Positions 50,214 to 60,372 of a stretch of 64,000 bases of DNA are shown one piece after another. Source of the stretch: Sedimentisphaerales bacterium (GTDB taxonomy: Bacteria; Planctomycetota; Phycisphaerae; Sedimentisphaerales; SM23-30); NCBI GenBank assembly GCA_963666285.1, contig OY762711.1; one strand, written 5' to 3'. The notes beneath the pieces are model-generated. The model did no database searches. It had not been told where the DNA came from and saw only the letters and a list, made by a program, of their open reading frames with translations. The position numbers and the translations under genes are program-made. Position 1 is the stretch's first letter; each line of letters opens with the position of its first letter.

Positions 50214-51719
50214 ATGGCTGAATATGTTAAAATAAATAATTTATGTCACTTCGTTTGCAAACAGGTTGAACTTCGCGGCTGGCTATATAACGCCAGGTCG
50301 GGTGGCAAGGTCTTATTTCTTGTTGTCAGGGACGGCACAGGCTTATGTCAGGCCGTTTTCGAAAAAAACGATACTAATGCTGAACTCTTTGACAAGGTCA
50401 AACATTTGGGCCAGGAATCATCTATTACACTTACTGGAACCGTTAAGGAAGAGCCTAGAAGTGTAGGGGGGTATGAGCTGGCCGTTGACAACGTTAACAT
50501 TGTTCACGAAACCTCTGATTATCCTATCACACCCAAAAGTCATGGCATTGATTTTCTGATGAAAAACCGACATCTGCATCTTCGCAGCCAGCGTCAATGG
50601 GCAATCGCTCGTATCAGACACACTATTATCGATGCTATTAGGACTTATTTTAACAGTAATGATTTTATTTTGGTAGATACCCCGATTTTTTCACCTGCGG
50701 CCGGCGAAGAGGAACAGTCACTATTTAATGTCGATTATTTCGGCGAAGATGTGGCACTTTCTCAAACTGGACAGTTATATTTAGAAACAGCGGCAATGAG
50801 TCTAGGAAAAGTTTATTGCTTTGGACCTACCTTTAGGGCGGAAAAGAGTAAAACCAGACGGCATCTTACCGAATTCTGGATGGTTGAGCCGGAAATTTGC
50901 TATGTTGATATAAATGACCTTATGAAAGTTGGCGAAGGTTTAATTTGTGCTATTGTGGATGCTTCAATTCAAAAATGCAGTCATGAGCTCGATATTCTGC
51001 AGCGTGATTTATCTGATTTACAGAAAATTAAGCCTCCTTTTGCTCAGTTAAGCTATAAAGAAGCTGTAGATATGCTTCATAGCACCGACATCTCAGATTG
51101 GCTCGACAGTCAGCTGGAAGCTAAAATTATCGAAAAAAATGAATTAGAAAAAAATATTTTGGAATGGACCGACCAGCAAAATCAGGCCAAAAAGCAATGG
51201 CAGAAAGATAAGCTTGCTGCCCAGATTATTACTGCTAATTCCCAGGTTTCAGAGCTTACCGAGCAAATCGAAAATATGCCAAAACATAAAGAACTTGCTC
51301 TTAACTTTCAATGGGGAAAGGATTTAGGTGGATCTGATGAAACTATTATATCCATGCAGTTTGATACTCCTGTATTTGTCCACCGTTATCCCAAAGATGT
51401 TAAGGCCTTTTATATGAAGCCTGATCCCGATGATTCTTCCGTTGTTTTAAATTTTGATTGCCTTGCTCCTCAGGGTTATGGTGAAATAATTGGCGGTTCT
51501 ATGCGGGAAGAAGACTATCGGGCGCTACATAACCGCATTCAACAGTTAGGTTTTGATCCTGATAACTATAGCTGGTACCTGGATTTAAGAAAATATGGGT
51601 CAGTTCCGCACGGCGGCTTTGGTTTGGGGGTTGAAAGAACTGTCGCCTGGATTACCGGTGCCAAACATATTAGAGAATGTATCGCTTTTCCGAGAATGAT
51701 GGGCAAGGTCTTCCCTTAA
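50214..51719 (+). CDS. asnS: Asparagine--tRNA ligase
   Basis: RGWL, RDGTG, LSQTGQLY, FGPTFRAEKS, RHLTEFWMVEPE, KAFYM, GEIIGGS.RE, PHGGFGLGVER. Confidence 0.95.
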   Translation: MAEYVKINNLCHFVCKQVELRGWLYNARSGGKVLFLVVRDGTGLCQAVFEKNDTNAELFDKVKHLGQESSITLTGTVKEEPRSVGGYELAVDNVNIVHETSDYPITPKSHGIDFLMKNRHLHLRSQRQWAIARIRHTIIDAIRTYFNSNDFILVDTPIFSPAAGEEEQSLFNVDYFGEDVALSQTGQLYLETAAMSLGKVYCFGPTFRAEKSKTRRHLTEFWMVEPEICYVDINDLMKVGEGLICAIVDASIQKCSHELDILQRDLSDLQKIKPPFAQLSYKEAVDMLHSTDISDWLDSQLEAKIIEKNELEKNILEWTDQQNQAKKQWQKDKLAAQIITANSQVSELTEQIENMPKHKELALNFQWGKDLGGSDETIISMQFDTPVFVHRYPKDVKAFYMKPDPDDSSVVLNFDCLAPQGYGEIIGGSMREEDYRALHNRIQQLGFDPDNYSWYLDLRKYGSVPHGGFGLGVERTVAWITGAKHIRECIAFPRMMGKVFP

Positions 51720-51902
51720 TAGAATTTGGAATAATACTACAAAAGAAATATTTTGCGTATTTTCCCATAATTTTTGTTGTTTTATTATTTTTTGATACAA
51801 AATCGTTAGGTTAAAGCTGATTATTTTGTTATAATGACTCTTAATAAGTGAAAATCAGTAATTTATAAAAGAGAAAAAATTCAATTAATATTATTTTTAA
51901 TA

Positions 51903-51931
51903 TTGACTTTAAGTTTAATATCTGTTATAAA
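51903..51931 (+). promoter_or_regulatory. Sigma70-type promoter of PEP-CTERM gene
   Basis: TTGACT-17 bp-TATAAA with TGn extension. Confidence 0.55.
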
Positions 51932-52017
51932 TTACTATAGAAGTGATTAAAGTGAGTTGCAGAAAAGGCAATATTTACTAAATGAGAAAACGAACTTTTT
52001 TGGAGGTACGTAAAATT

Positions 52018-52479
52018 ATGAGGATAGGTTTTTTAGCTTTGTTGCTCATAGCTGTAGCAAGCGTAGCGAATGCCGCCCTTTATGAAACTGTCTATGATGA
52101 CAGTTCAGCTAGCTCTAAAAGTGTTATTATATTTAACATTGATAATCAGGGCTTTACAAATGACGGCGCATACGACTGGATCGGCTATGACTTTGAAATC
52201 TTAAGTGGTGGAGAATTTGTTTCTTCTAGTGCTTCAAGTGACATGTTTAGTACTGTTACTGAAGTAGTAGATGGTGGTGGACTGTTGACCAAGCTTGAAT
52301 TTTCAGATGGCACAGTTGCTCCTGGTGAAACAGTCAAATTCTCTTATGATATCGCAGTTGATTTGACTAATGGTCTGTTCGGCGTTCAGCTGGAAAGACA
52401 TGAAGTAGTAGTTCCTGAACCTGCAACTGTTGCTTTGACAGTAATGGGTGCCGGCCTGCTGCTAAGAAGAAAATTCTAA
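52018..52479 (+). CDS. PEP-CTERM sorting-domain protein
   Basis: Signal peptide ending ANA; C-terminal VPEPAT, TM helix and RRK; SD GGAGG. Confidence 0.9.
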   Translation: MRIGFLALLLIAVASVANAALYETVYDDSSASSKSVIIFNIDNQGFTNDGAYDWIGYDFEILSGGEFVSSSASSDMFSTVTEVVDGGGLLTKLEFSDGTVAPGETVKFSYDIAVDLTNGLFGVQLERHEVVVPEPATVALTVMGAGLLLRRKF

Positions 52480-52501
52480 TATTATAATTTTCAAAAGTAC
52501 T

Positions 52502-52536
52502 AAAGCCGACTGGTAGTATTACTGGTCGGCTTTTTT
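52502..52536 (+). terminator. Intrinsic terminator
   Basis: gccgactgg...ctggtcggc-T6. Confidence 0.8.
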
Positions 52537-52641
52537 ATTTTAAATATCCATATTTACCATGAGCGATAATTTACTTTAAAATATCGCTCTAATCGGTTAT
52601 ATTTTAACGACTTGAAGTGCTTGCTTAAAAGGTAATTATAT

Positions 52642-52953
52642 ATGGATGAGACATTTGAAATTGTTGAGCCTATTGGTAAACGTGTCGTTATTCGCAAGGA
52701 TGAGGATAAAAAAGAGACCAAAGGTGGTATCAGATTGCCGGATAATATTGAGATTCCTACTATCACCGGAAGGATTGTTGCTGTTTCAGCGGAAATAGAA
52801 TCTGACCCAATGGTGCCGTTAAGAAAATATGATAAGGTGCTGTTTAACCCCAAAGGTGCAATTCCAGTTGATTTTGAAGGTACAAACAGGCTGTTTGTAA
52901 TTGAACTTGATAGCGTTGTAGCTGTTTTTCGTAGGGCTGGTTCTGATAACTAA
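52642..52953 (+). CDS. GroES/Cpn10-family co-chaperonin (no adjacent groEL)
   Basis: PIGKRVVI, TKGGIRLP, G.IVAV, DKVLF. Confidence 0.8.
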   Translation: MDETFEIVEPIGKRVVIRKDEDKKETKGGIRLPDNIEIPTITGRIVAVSAEIESDPMVPLRKYDKVLFNPKGAIPVDFEGTNRLFVIELDSVVAVFRRAGSDN

Positions 52954-52970
52954 ACATTAGAAAGAATAAT

Positions 52971-53792
52971 ATGGATTTGATTGCAATTGACATTGGTAAT
53001 AGTTCGCTGACAGTAGGGGTATTTGCTGGCGGAGAGCTCAAAGAATCTGCTAGTATTACAAAAGAGGTAATTGCCAATAGTTTGCCGGAGATCTTAATAA
53101 AGTATAGAGAGATTTGTGGCCCTCAGAAATTTGGCGCCAGGACGGTACCAATTGTGGTAAGTTCTGTAAATATTGATAATCTGGCGGCTGTCGAAAAAGT
53201 AACTGTTGATATTTTTAACCAGGATATCCGTCTTGCCGGACGTGATTTTTCTGTTGATATGCCTGTTGGAATTGAAGATAGCAGTACGTTAGGGTCAGAT
53301 AGGCTGCTTACGGCTTTGGCTGCTTTTCAAGTCGTTGGAAAAGCTGTCGTTATTGCTGATTTTGGGACTGCTACCACAATTGATTTGGTAAATGACAGTG
53401 GTATTTTTCTGGGCGGAGTAATTTTTCCTGGTTTGGATTTAGCTTCGCATTGTCTTGATGAGCATACTTCAGCTCTGCCTTATGTTAAGCCGGGAGTTCC
53501 GCTAGAACCTCAGGCTTATGGCACTAATACAGAGAAGGCCATACAAAATGGTGTCTATTATTCTACGATTGGCGCTCTTAGAGAACTGGTAGAGCGTTAT
53601 GCGACTGAGCTGGGTTATTGGCCTCAGGTTGTTGCGACAGGGGGGTATGCTAATATGATTTCTCAGAAATCTGAAATAATAGAAAATGTTGTTCCCGGAC
53701 TATGTCTTAACGGCTTGTTTTTAGCGTATTCTGGGTGGCGTAGCCACCAGGAGTCACCGGAAGATATATTCTCAAGTGAAGATATAGAATAA
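52971..53792 (+). CDS. coaX: Type III pantothenate kinase
   Basis: AIDIGNS, LGSDR, DFGTATTID, GGVIFPG, ATGG. Confidence 0.92.
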   Translation: MDLIAIDIGNSSLTVGVFAGGELKESASITKEVIANSLPEILIKYREICGPQKFGARTVPIVVSSVNIDNLAAVEKVTVDIFNQDIRLAGRDFSVDMPVGIEDSSTLGSDRLLTALAAFQVVGKAVVIADFGTATTIDLVNDSGIFLGGVIFPGLDLASHCLDEHTSALPYVKPGVPLEPQAYGTNTEKAIQNGVYYSTIGALRELVERYATELGYWPQVVATGGYANMISQKSEIIENVVPGLCLNGLFLAYSGWRSHQESPEDIFSSEDIE

Positions 53793-54949
53793 TGTTAGAT
53801 ATTTGCGCAAATTCTTTGCGAGGAGGCCTGCTTACACCATCTGGCTATGGTGGTATTGCAATATTGCGTATTGCAGGACGAGGCTCTCTTGATTTAATAG
53901 GTAATATATTTGTACCATATCAGAGTATCTCTATCCAGGATATGCTTAATGACCATATTTATCTGGGTGAAATTAGGGAGGCAGATCAGGTTATAGACCA
54001 GGTTATGCTGGTTTTGGATAGGCAAAACTCTGTTTTTGAGGTTCATTGTCATGGCGGTCCGCGAATAGTTCAAAGGTTGCTCATTTTGTTCGAAAGTTTA
54101 GGAGTTGATGTTATATCATGGCATAATGCTGATCCTGAACCTTCAATTTTAGCTGAAGTTGAGTTTTTTCTGTCTTTCTGCAAATCTGAAATTGCGGTAA
54201 AAGCTATATCATGTCAGGCAAGTTCTGGATTAAGCTCATGGTGTAAACAAACAATTGAGATTCTTGCAACAGGTAATGCAGATATAAGTGGCTTATTATC
54301 CCAGATAAACCAGATTGCATTTACCTGGAATACTGCACAGTTATTATTATATCCGCCGAAAATATTTATCATCGGCCCTCCTAATGCCGGTAAAAGCGCT
54401 CTCGCTAATGCTTTAACTGGAAGGAGCCAGTCTCTGGTCTCCAGTATTCCCGGCACAACCCGGGATTGGACTTCAGAATTAACTGAGATGGCCGGCATTG
54501 CGGTTGAATTGGTAGATACGGCAGGTAAAAGAGTTACTGACGACCATTTTGAAAGCGTCTCACTGCAACGTCTGACCGTTCAGGTATCGCATGCCAAGCT
54601 TTTTATACTGCTAATTCCAGCTGATTATCCATCAAATGTAGAGCGTTTATATGATGAACAGGTTGATGGTTTGCCTGATGATGCAAAAGTCATAACAGTG
54701 ATAAGTAAGTCTGACTTGTCAGAAAGTCACAAGTACTCAGGTTTAGCTGACTTAGCTGTATCTGCTGTAGAGGGTACTGGTTTGATCCCGCTTATGAAAC
54801 TTGTAGCAGAACGGCTTGGATTTGGTGATGAGTTTGATTGCAGGAAGCCGCTAATATTTACACAGAGACAGTATGAGCTTGTTAATAAAATGACTAACAT
54901 CAGTAGTTTAGAGTCTTTACAAACGCTCTTATATGAGATCAAAGGTTAG
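53792..54949 (+). CDS. MnmE/TrmE-like GTPase (short form)
   Basis: TP.G.GGIA, EVHCHGG, GPPNAGKS, PGTTRD, DTAG; TAATG overlap with coaX. Confidence 0.75.
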   Translation: MLDICANSLRGGLLTPSGYGGIAILRIAGRGSLDLIGNIFVPYQSISIQDMLNDHIYLGEIREADQVIDQVMLVLDRQNSVFEVHCHGGPRIVQRLLILFESLGVDVISWHNADPEPSILAEVEFFLSFCKSEIAVKAISCQASSGLSSWCKQTIEILATGNADISGLLSQINQIAFTWNTAQLLLYPPKIFIIGPPNAGKSALANALTGRSQSLVSSIPGTTRDWTSELTEMAGIAVELVDTAGKRVTDDHFESVSLQRLTVQVSHAKLFILLIPADYPSNVERLYDEQVDGLPDDAKVITVISKSDLSESHKYSGLADLAVSAVEGTGLIPLMKLVAERLGFGDEFDCRKPLIFTQRQYELVNKMTNISSLESLQTLLYEIKG

Positions 54950-54957
54950 TTGATACA

Positions 54958-55677
54958 TTAACTGCCAGATACAATTTCTATTGCCTCTGATACTGAAAAT
55001 TTGTTTTCGTAAAGAGCTCTACCGGTAATAATTCCTTCTAGAGGAAGTGATCGCAGATTTTTAATATCGTCCAGAGAACCAACACCGCCTGAAGCAATGA
55101 CAGGGATTTTACAATTCTCAGCTAACTCTTTTGTTGATTCTATATTAGGTCCAATTAACATTCCATCTTTGGCTATGTCTGTATAAACAATAGCAGCAAG
55201 AGGGAGAGAGTTAACTTCACCTGCCATTTCTAATACAGTCATTTCACCTGTTACTGTCCATCCATGAGTAGCTATATAACCGTCTTTTGCATCCATGCCA
55301 AGTACTATTTTACCAGGATATTTGTTGACCATGGAGTAAAACCAATCTTGCTGTTCAAAAGCTTTTGTGCCAATAATCACTCTATTAATTCCGGTATCAA
55401 GTAATTTACTTATGGCCTCTTCATTGCGTATACCGCCGCCAACTTCAATGTTAAGAGAAGTATTCTGACGTATGTCCTTAAGAACAGCGAAGTTATACTG
55501 ATCACCATGTAAAGCACCGTCCAGATCAACTACATGCAGCCATTTTGCTCCTTGTTCTTCAAACAATTGGGCTTGAGAGACGGGAGAGTCATTATAATTG
55601 ATCTGACGATCGTAATCTCCTTGGATGAGCCTTACACATTTACCATCTCTAAGATCAATAGCAGGCAATATATACAT
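54958..55677 (-). CDS. hisA: ProFAR isomerase
   Basis: PAIDLRDGKCVRL, HVVDLDGA, GGGIR, YTDIAKDGM, ASGG. Confidence 0.96.
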   Translation of the reverse strand: MYILPAIDLRDGKCVRLIQGDYDRQINYNDSPVSQAQLFEEQGAKWLHVVDLDGALHGDQYNFAVLKDIRQNTSLNIEVGGGIRNEEAISKLLDTGINRVIIGTKAFEQQDWFYSMVNKYPGKIVLGMDAKDGYIATHGWTVTGEMTVLEMAGEVNSLPLAAIVYTDIAKDGMLIGPNIESTKELAENCKIPVIASGGVGSLDDIKNLRSLPLEGIITGRALYENKFSVSEAIEIVSGS

Positions 55678-55711
55678 AAATAATCTTTCTTTTAATAACA
55701 GTTAAATTACA

Positions 55712-56383
55712 CTATTTTTCATTGGAATTTGCATATTCGCTTAATCCGCTGCTGTCAGCTTTAGTAATGATCTCAATAGCTTCCTTTGGATCATCGGTTA
55801 AATCATAAAGACTGATATCTTCAGGTGATATTGTCTTTTCTTTCAACATGGATGATTTAACCCAATCAAACAGGCCTGACCAGTAATCTTTGCCCATTAC
55901 AACAACAGGGAAATGCCGCATTTTTAGTGTTTGCATCAGAGTTAGCGATTCGAAGAGTTCGTCAAGTGTTCCAAAACCGCCTGGCAGTATAATAAATCCC
56001 CTTGCATATTTTGTAAACATAGTTTTGCGTGCGAAAAAGTATTTAAAATGCAACTCAAGAGTTTGATAATCATTGGGCTTTTGCTCCATTGGCAACTCAA
56101 TATTGAGACCTGCACTTTTACCGCCAGCTTCAAATGCACCTTTATTGGCAGCTTCCATAATTCCGCCACCGCCGCCAGTGATAACAGCAAATCCTGCTTT
56201 AACTGCTTCTGTTGCAGTTTCTTCAGCCATTTTATAATAAGGGCTGTCAGGACTTGTTCTTGCTGAACCGAAGATTGAAATGGCAGGTCCGAGGTAGCAT
56301 AGTTCTTCAAACCCTTCGATAAATTCGGCCATAATACGAAAAATTCGCCATGTTTCTTTATTTAATTGTTCATTTATTGGCAT
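55712..56383 (-). CDS. LOG family (TIGR00730-like) protein
   Basis: FGSAR, TGGGGGIMEA, YFFARK, PGGFGTLDE. Confidence 0.92.
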   Translation of the reverse strand: MPINEQLNKETWRIFRIMAEFIEGFEELCYLGPAISIFGSARTSPDSPYYKMAEETATEAVKAGFAVITGGGGGIMEAANKGAFEAGGKSAGLNIELPMEQKPNDYQTLELHFKYFFARKTMFTKYARGFIILPGGFGTLDELFESLTLMQTLKMRHFPVVVMGKDYWSGLFDWVKSSMLKEKTISPEDISLYDLTDDPKEAIEIITKADSSGLSEYANSNEK

Positions 56384-57071
56384 TTATATCTCCCTTTTTA
56401 GTTATTGTTTCATAAAGGAAATCTATGACTTCCTGAATATTCATATTGGAGGTATCAACTATAAGAGCATCTTGAGCAACTTTAAGAGCACCTGTGTCAC
56501 GATTGATATCGGCATGATCTCTTTGTATTTGAGACTCTAAAATTTCGTTATAATTAGCATTTATCCCTTTTTGTAACATTTGCTCGTGACGGCGTTTAGC
56601 TCTAACTTCAGGAAGAGCGTCCAGATAGAATTTAAACTTGGCATCTGGAAATACCACTGTAGTTTGATCTCTACCTTCAGTAACTAGTGATTCCAGTTGT
56701 TTGCCAAGTTCCTGCTGCTGTTTGACCAGGATTTCTCTAATTTTGGGGTTAGAAGCGATAGATTTTGAAGCATTTGTGACTTCTTGGGTTCGTATCGCAA
56801 AGGCAATATCCTGTCCATTATCCAATTTATCTTTGCCATCAATTGTTAGTGTGCTAATTCCATTGATGTTAGTAAAAGACAGTTTAGTTTGTTTAGCAAT
56901 TTTAACTAGATTATCAGGATTGGAAAAATCAACTTTAGCTTCGATAGCAGCAAGTGTAATTCCTCTATACATAGCTCCGGTATCCAGGTAAGAGATGTTA
57001 AGTTTTTGAGCCAGTTTTTTGGCAATTGTGCTTTTACCGCTACCAGCGGGACCATCTATTGCTATTATCAT
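56370..57071 (-). CDS. cmk: Cytidylate kinase
   Basis: AIDGPAGSGKST, LDTGAMYR, EGRD. Confidence 0.95.
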   Translation of the reverse strand: MIIAIDGPAGSGKSTIAKKLAQKLNISYLDTGAMYRGITLAAIEAKVDFSNPDNLVKIAKQTKLSFTNINGISTLTIDGKDKLDNGQDIAFAIRTQEVTNASKSIASNPKIREILVKQQQELGKQLESLVTEGRDQTTVVFPDAKFKFYLDALPEVRAKRRHEQMLQKGINANYNEILESQIQRDHADINRDTGALKVAQDALIVDTSNMNIQEVIDFLYETITKKGDINANK

Positions 57072-57095
57072 TATAAACCCTGACGATACATACAG

Positions 57096-57138
57096 AAATA
57101 AAAACAGACGGATGAATGACAGCCGCCTGTTTTTATTT
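57096..57138 (-). terminator. Intrinsic terminator after pil cluster
   Basis: aaataaaaacagacgg...ccgcctgtttttattt inverted repeat. Confidence 0.7.
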
Positions 57139-57153
57139 AATTACTTATTTTAA

Positions 57154-58866
57154 CTACCTTCTACCAGCATTTCTTAATTCACGTTCCTGGTCTTTTCGCC
57201 TACGTTCATCAGCTGTATAAGCCCTGTTAACATTAGTATACATTTCTCTAAAAGTATCAGACCAAAATGCATTGTGTGAAGTAATTGATTTTGTTTGACC
57301 ATATTGATCACAATATACAATCTCACCACAAAGCTCAGACCTTAGCCCATTGTTGGTTTTATACCATCTAGTAGTAGGAGTTTTAATTTCAAGAACGGTA
57401 GCTCCAATTGCATAATCTACTTCAATCTCACTTTGATTTCCAGTTGCGGGATTCTGGCCCTGCGGCATATCGCCACCTTCCATTCCAATATTCATCATCC
57501 CAGGATTAGTATTGGGTGTATTGCTGGAAACATAAGCAGTTTGTGTGACAGGGAATCCGATAGACGATCCTGGTGATACGGAAAACGAACGTTTGAACCA
57601 TTGGCCATTTTGGAATTTGTAAACTTCAATGCGAGCAGAATTTTCATCGTTAATAGATCTTGGAATAAATAAAGAATCCGGAGGTGTCAAGACTGCATTT
57701 TCAGGCATAGCAACCGTTGAAGGGAAGACCTGGCTTAACCTCCATTGTTGACTAGATTTATTTAACCAGTTAGTCTCAAAGCATGGATTAAAGAAGCAAA
57801 CTTTCAATGCATAACTGTAAATTTTACCAGGTTCAACAGTTTCGTCATGTGCCCATACTTTGAAATCATCAACCACCAATTGTGTGTTGATTCTGTTGCC
57901 AGCTCCGGCTCCATACATGCCTGGTACAGCCGGTCCAGCTTGGTTTGGTTGGACTCCAGCTCTAGCACCTCTTCTATCTTCATCTTCTTCGCTTGCAGCT
58001 TCTCTAGCAGTAGGATTGAGCCATCTGTCGCCAATAAGTTCATAAGGTCTAGGCTGAAGCATTTGTAACTGAATGTCAGATGGCATATTATCCTTCATTG
58101 CAATTTCATGTTTTGTTTTAGACATATGCGTGAGTTCATCAAATGTGAAGTTGTTTTTCATAGGGTCATTAGACATTCTTGGGATGTAGACAGGGGCGGA
58201 CCATGAACCGTCATCAAGCAACTCTTTTCTTACCAAGTCAACAGACGCAACAATTGGATGATACATCTCTTTCATTTTTTTTGTAACACGTTGACCGGTG
58301 AACGCCTGTTCAAATGTTTCATAAAGAGCACTCATGTCAATGGTTGCTTCTACAGTAACAAAAGTAATATCTTTAACTTCGTAAGTTAAAGATCGATTAC
58401 CACCAAATGCAGCTAAAGCATTATTATCGTCGGATTCAGCTTCAACAGGAACAGAAGCTTGTGCATGGGTCAGCAAAATTTTAGGATCGCTAAGTACAGG
58501 TTGTTCCGGCATAGCGTAATTTCTAATATCTTGCTCTAAAATAAGCTTTCTGATATCAGGTGGGGTTAATAATATTTTATCCATTTGTACAGGCTTAATG
58601 TCTGCCATTACATCATCGCCTACAGGTTCATATACAGTAAGACCTTCGAGAGGCCCAGGTTCGCTAAGCTCGTCAACTACATTTCGAGCTATTTTAGCAC
58701 CTTTTTCGGCAGCTTCTGTTGCACTCATTTTCTGTCCTGAAACTTTTACGCCTGGAGCATTAAGTATACAAGAGAATACAACCCATGCAACAAAAGCAAT
58801 TGCTAGTGCTACTATTATTTTCTCAAAGTTAGCTTCTAAAAAATTCATTGTTTGTTTTTTGGCCAT
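57154..58866 (-). CDS. Hypothetical membrane-anchored protein of the pilM cluster
   Basis: N-terminal TM, D.TVEPGK.Y.Y...V...NP Fn3-like motif, Met/Gly-rich linkers. Confidence 0.75.
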   Translation of the reverse strand: MAKKQTMNFLEANFEKIIVALAIAFVAWVVFSCILNAPGVKVSGQKMSATEAAEKGAKIARNVVDELSEPGPLEGLTVYEPVGDDVMADIKPVQMDKILLTPPDIRKLILEQDIRNYAMPEQPVLSDPKILLTHAQASVPVEAESDDNNALAAFGGNRSLTYEVKDITFVTVEATIDMSALYETFEQAFTGQRVTKKMKEMYHPIVASVDLVRKELLDDGSWSAPVYIPRMSNDPMKNNFTFDELTHMSKTKHEIAMKDNMPSDIQLQMLQPRPYELIGDRWLNPTAREAASEEDEDRRGARAGVQPNQAGPAVPGMYGAGAGNRINTQLVVDDFKVWAHDETVEPGKIYSYALKVCFFNPCFETNWLNKSSQQWRLSQVFPSTVAMPENAVLTPPDSLFIPRSINDENSARIEVYKFQNGQWFKRSFSVSPGSSIGFPVTQTAYVSSNTPNTNPGMMNIGMEGGDMPQGQNPATGNQSEIEVDYAIGATVLEIKTPTTRWYKTNNGLRSELCGEIVYCDQYGQTKSITSHNAFWSDTFREMYTNVNRAYTADERRRKDQERELRNAGRR

Positions 58867-58941
58867 TATCTATATCCTGATTTAAGCTTTATGTTTTACA
58901 GCATTGATTAATTACATAATGTCTAAAAGACTGTACCGGGA

Positions 58942-60318
58942 TTAATATGTCTGCATCATAGTTTTTTGTGAATCTTCTGAAGGATTGATCAGCTGATCAA
59001 TTGATGTAGGAACAAAATCACTATAACCATCTTTGAAAAATACGTATTCACAAACATATTCTACTTTTGAGATAGCACCTGAACCATAATAATAGCCAGA
59101 TAATTCTTCAGTTTGGACATTCACCGGAATAATATTATATTCAAGTACCGTAATCTGGTTTCTTTGGTTTGTGCCATCAATATTAGCGCGTGGGCTTTGC
59201 AAGGCATTTATGAATTCATTAACATCATCCGAAGCCATTATGACAGATATGTTGAAATGCAAAACATCAATTAACTCATCGCAAAAACGATTTGACCATG
59301 GTGTAGCAAGAGAGTTTTTATAAGGTGAACTTGTTTCAGATGTATTACTGCTACTGCTAGGCTTAATTACATAGCCCGGTAAAGTATTTATGCCGCCAAT
59401 TCGTGAGATAAGGCTTCCACTGGTTAGTTTCCCCATTGCAGGCATGGGCATTCCACCACCAGCCATTCCACCACCTCCAATTTTAGCATTAGCCGAACCG
59501 GTTTGCGTCTGCAGGCCAGCAAAACTGATTTCAACAAGTCTTTTAATAGGATTTTCTTTTACAGATTTATTTTTATCATTAATTTTATTGATTGAAATTA
59601 CTACGTCTTCCTGAATCCAGAACGCTATCTGGCTTAACCAACTGTCAATTTGAAGAGTTGTCGGTGTTCCGGATTTACCATCATGCAATTTCCAAAAGTC
59701 ATATAAAACAAATGATGTTTGATCAGCATAAATGCTAATATCATTCGCTTTGTTTTCTCTATATTCAGCGAGAAGTTTCTGGTCAGCAGAACCTGAAGCA
59801 TTGCCCATACCACCAGTAGCATAACCAATTTCCATTCCAATACCGGCTCCACCTCCTCCGGTAGTTCTGGTTCGTCGTGAATCTTCCAGATAGTTCTTTT
59901 CTTCCAGTTGCGTTGGTTTATCACCGGCGTTTAGACCTGAGTTGCCATATAGTCTATCTATGGCTTTGGTGTATTCTTCTGCAAATCTGATATAATGGAT
60001 TTTGCTTTCATCAGCTTTTGCACTTGGAAATACATTTTTGTAGAGTAATGGTCTACTGCTTGTTTTTGTACAGAAGTTGTTTACAGTTTCTTCATCGGTT
60101 TTAGCTTTAATCAGGTTGTCATTCAAGAATTTCAGTTGATTATCATGTACTGCTTTTCCACTTAAGCTCATTGCCGTACTGTAATCACTTTCAATTCCTT
60201 TGAATCCCTGAATATTACTACTGTTCTGCATAACACCCAGGATGTAGATTCCTATAGATATTAGGACAGTAAGAATATAGATACCGTAAATATAATATTT
60301 CTTAATAAATTGCATCAT
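58942..60318 (-). CDS. Hypothetical membrane-anchored protein (PilO position)
   Basis: N-terminal TM, Q..FWIQED motif, Met/Gly-rich linkers; follows pilM. Confidence 0.75.
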   Translation of the reverse strand: MMQFIKKYYIYGIYILTVLISIGIYILGVMQNSSNIQGFKGIESDYSTAMSLSGKAVHDNQLKFLNDNLIKAKTDEETVNNFCTKTSSRPLLYKNVFPSAKADESKIHYIRFAEEYTKAIDRLYGNSGLNAGDKPTQLEEKNYLEDSRRTRTTGGGGAGIGMEIGYATGGMGNASGSADQKLLAEYRENKANDISIYADQTSFVLYDFWKLHDGKSGTPTTLQIDSWLSQIAFWIQEDVVISINKINDKNKSVKENPIKRLVEISFAGLQTQTGSANAKIGGGGMAGGGMPMPAMGKLTSGSLISRIGGINTLPGYVIKPSSSSNTSETSSPYKNSLATPWSNRFCDELIDVLHFNISVIMASDDVNEFINALQSPRANIDGTNQRNQITVLEYNIIPVNVQTEELSGYYYGSGAISKVEYVCEYVFFKDGYSDFVPTSIDQLINPSEDSQKTMMQTY

Positions 60319-60372
60319 ATCTGTCTTGTCTTTCGTTGAATATATAAATTGTTTATCATTATGATGTCAGCT

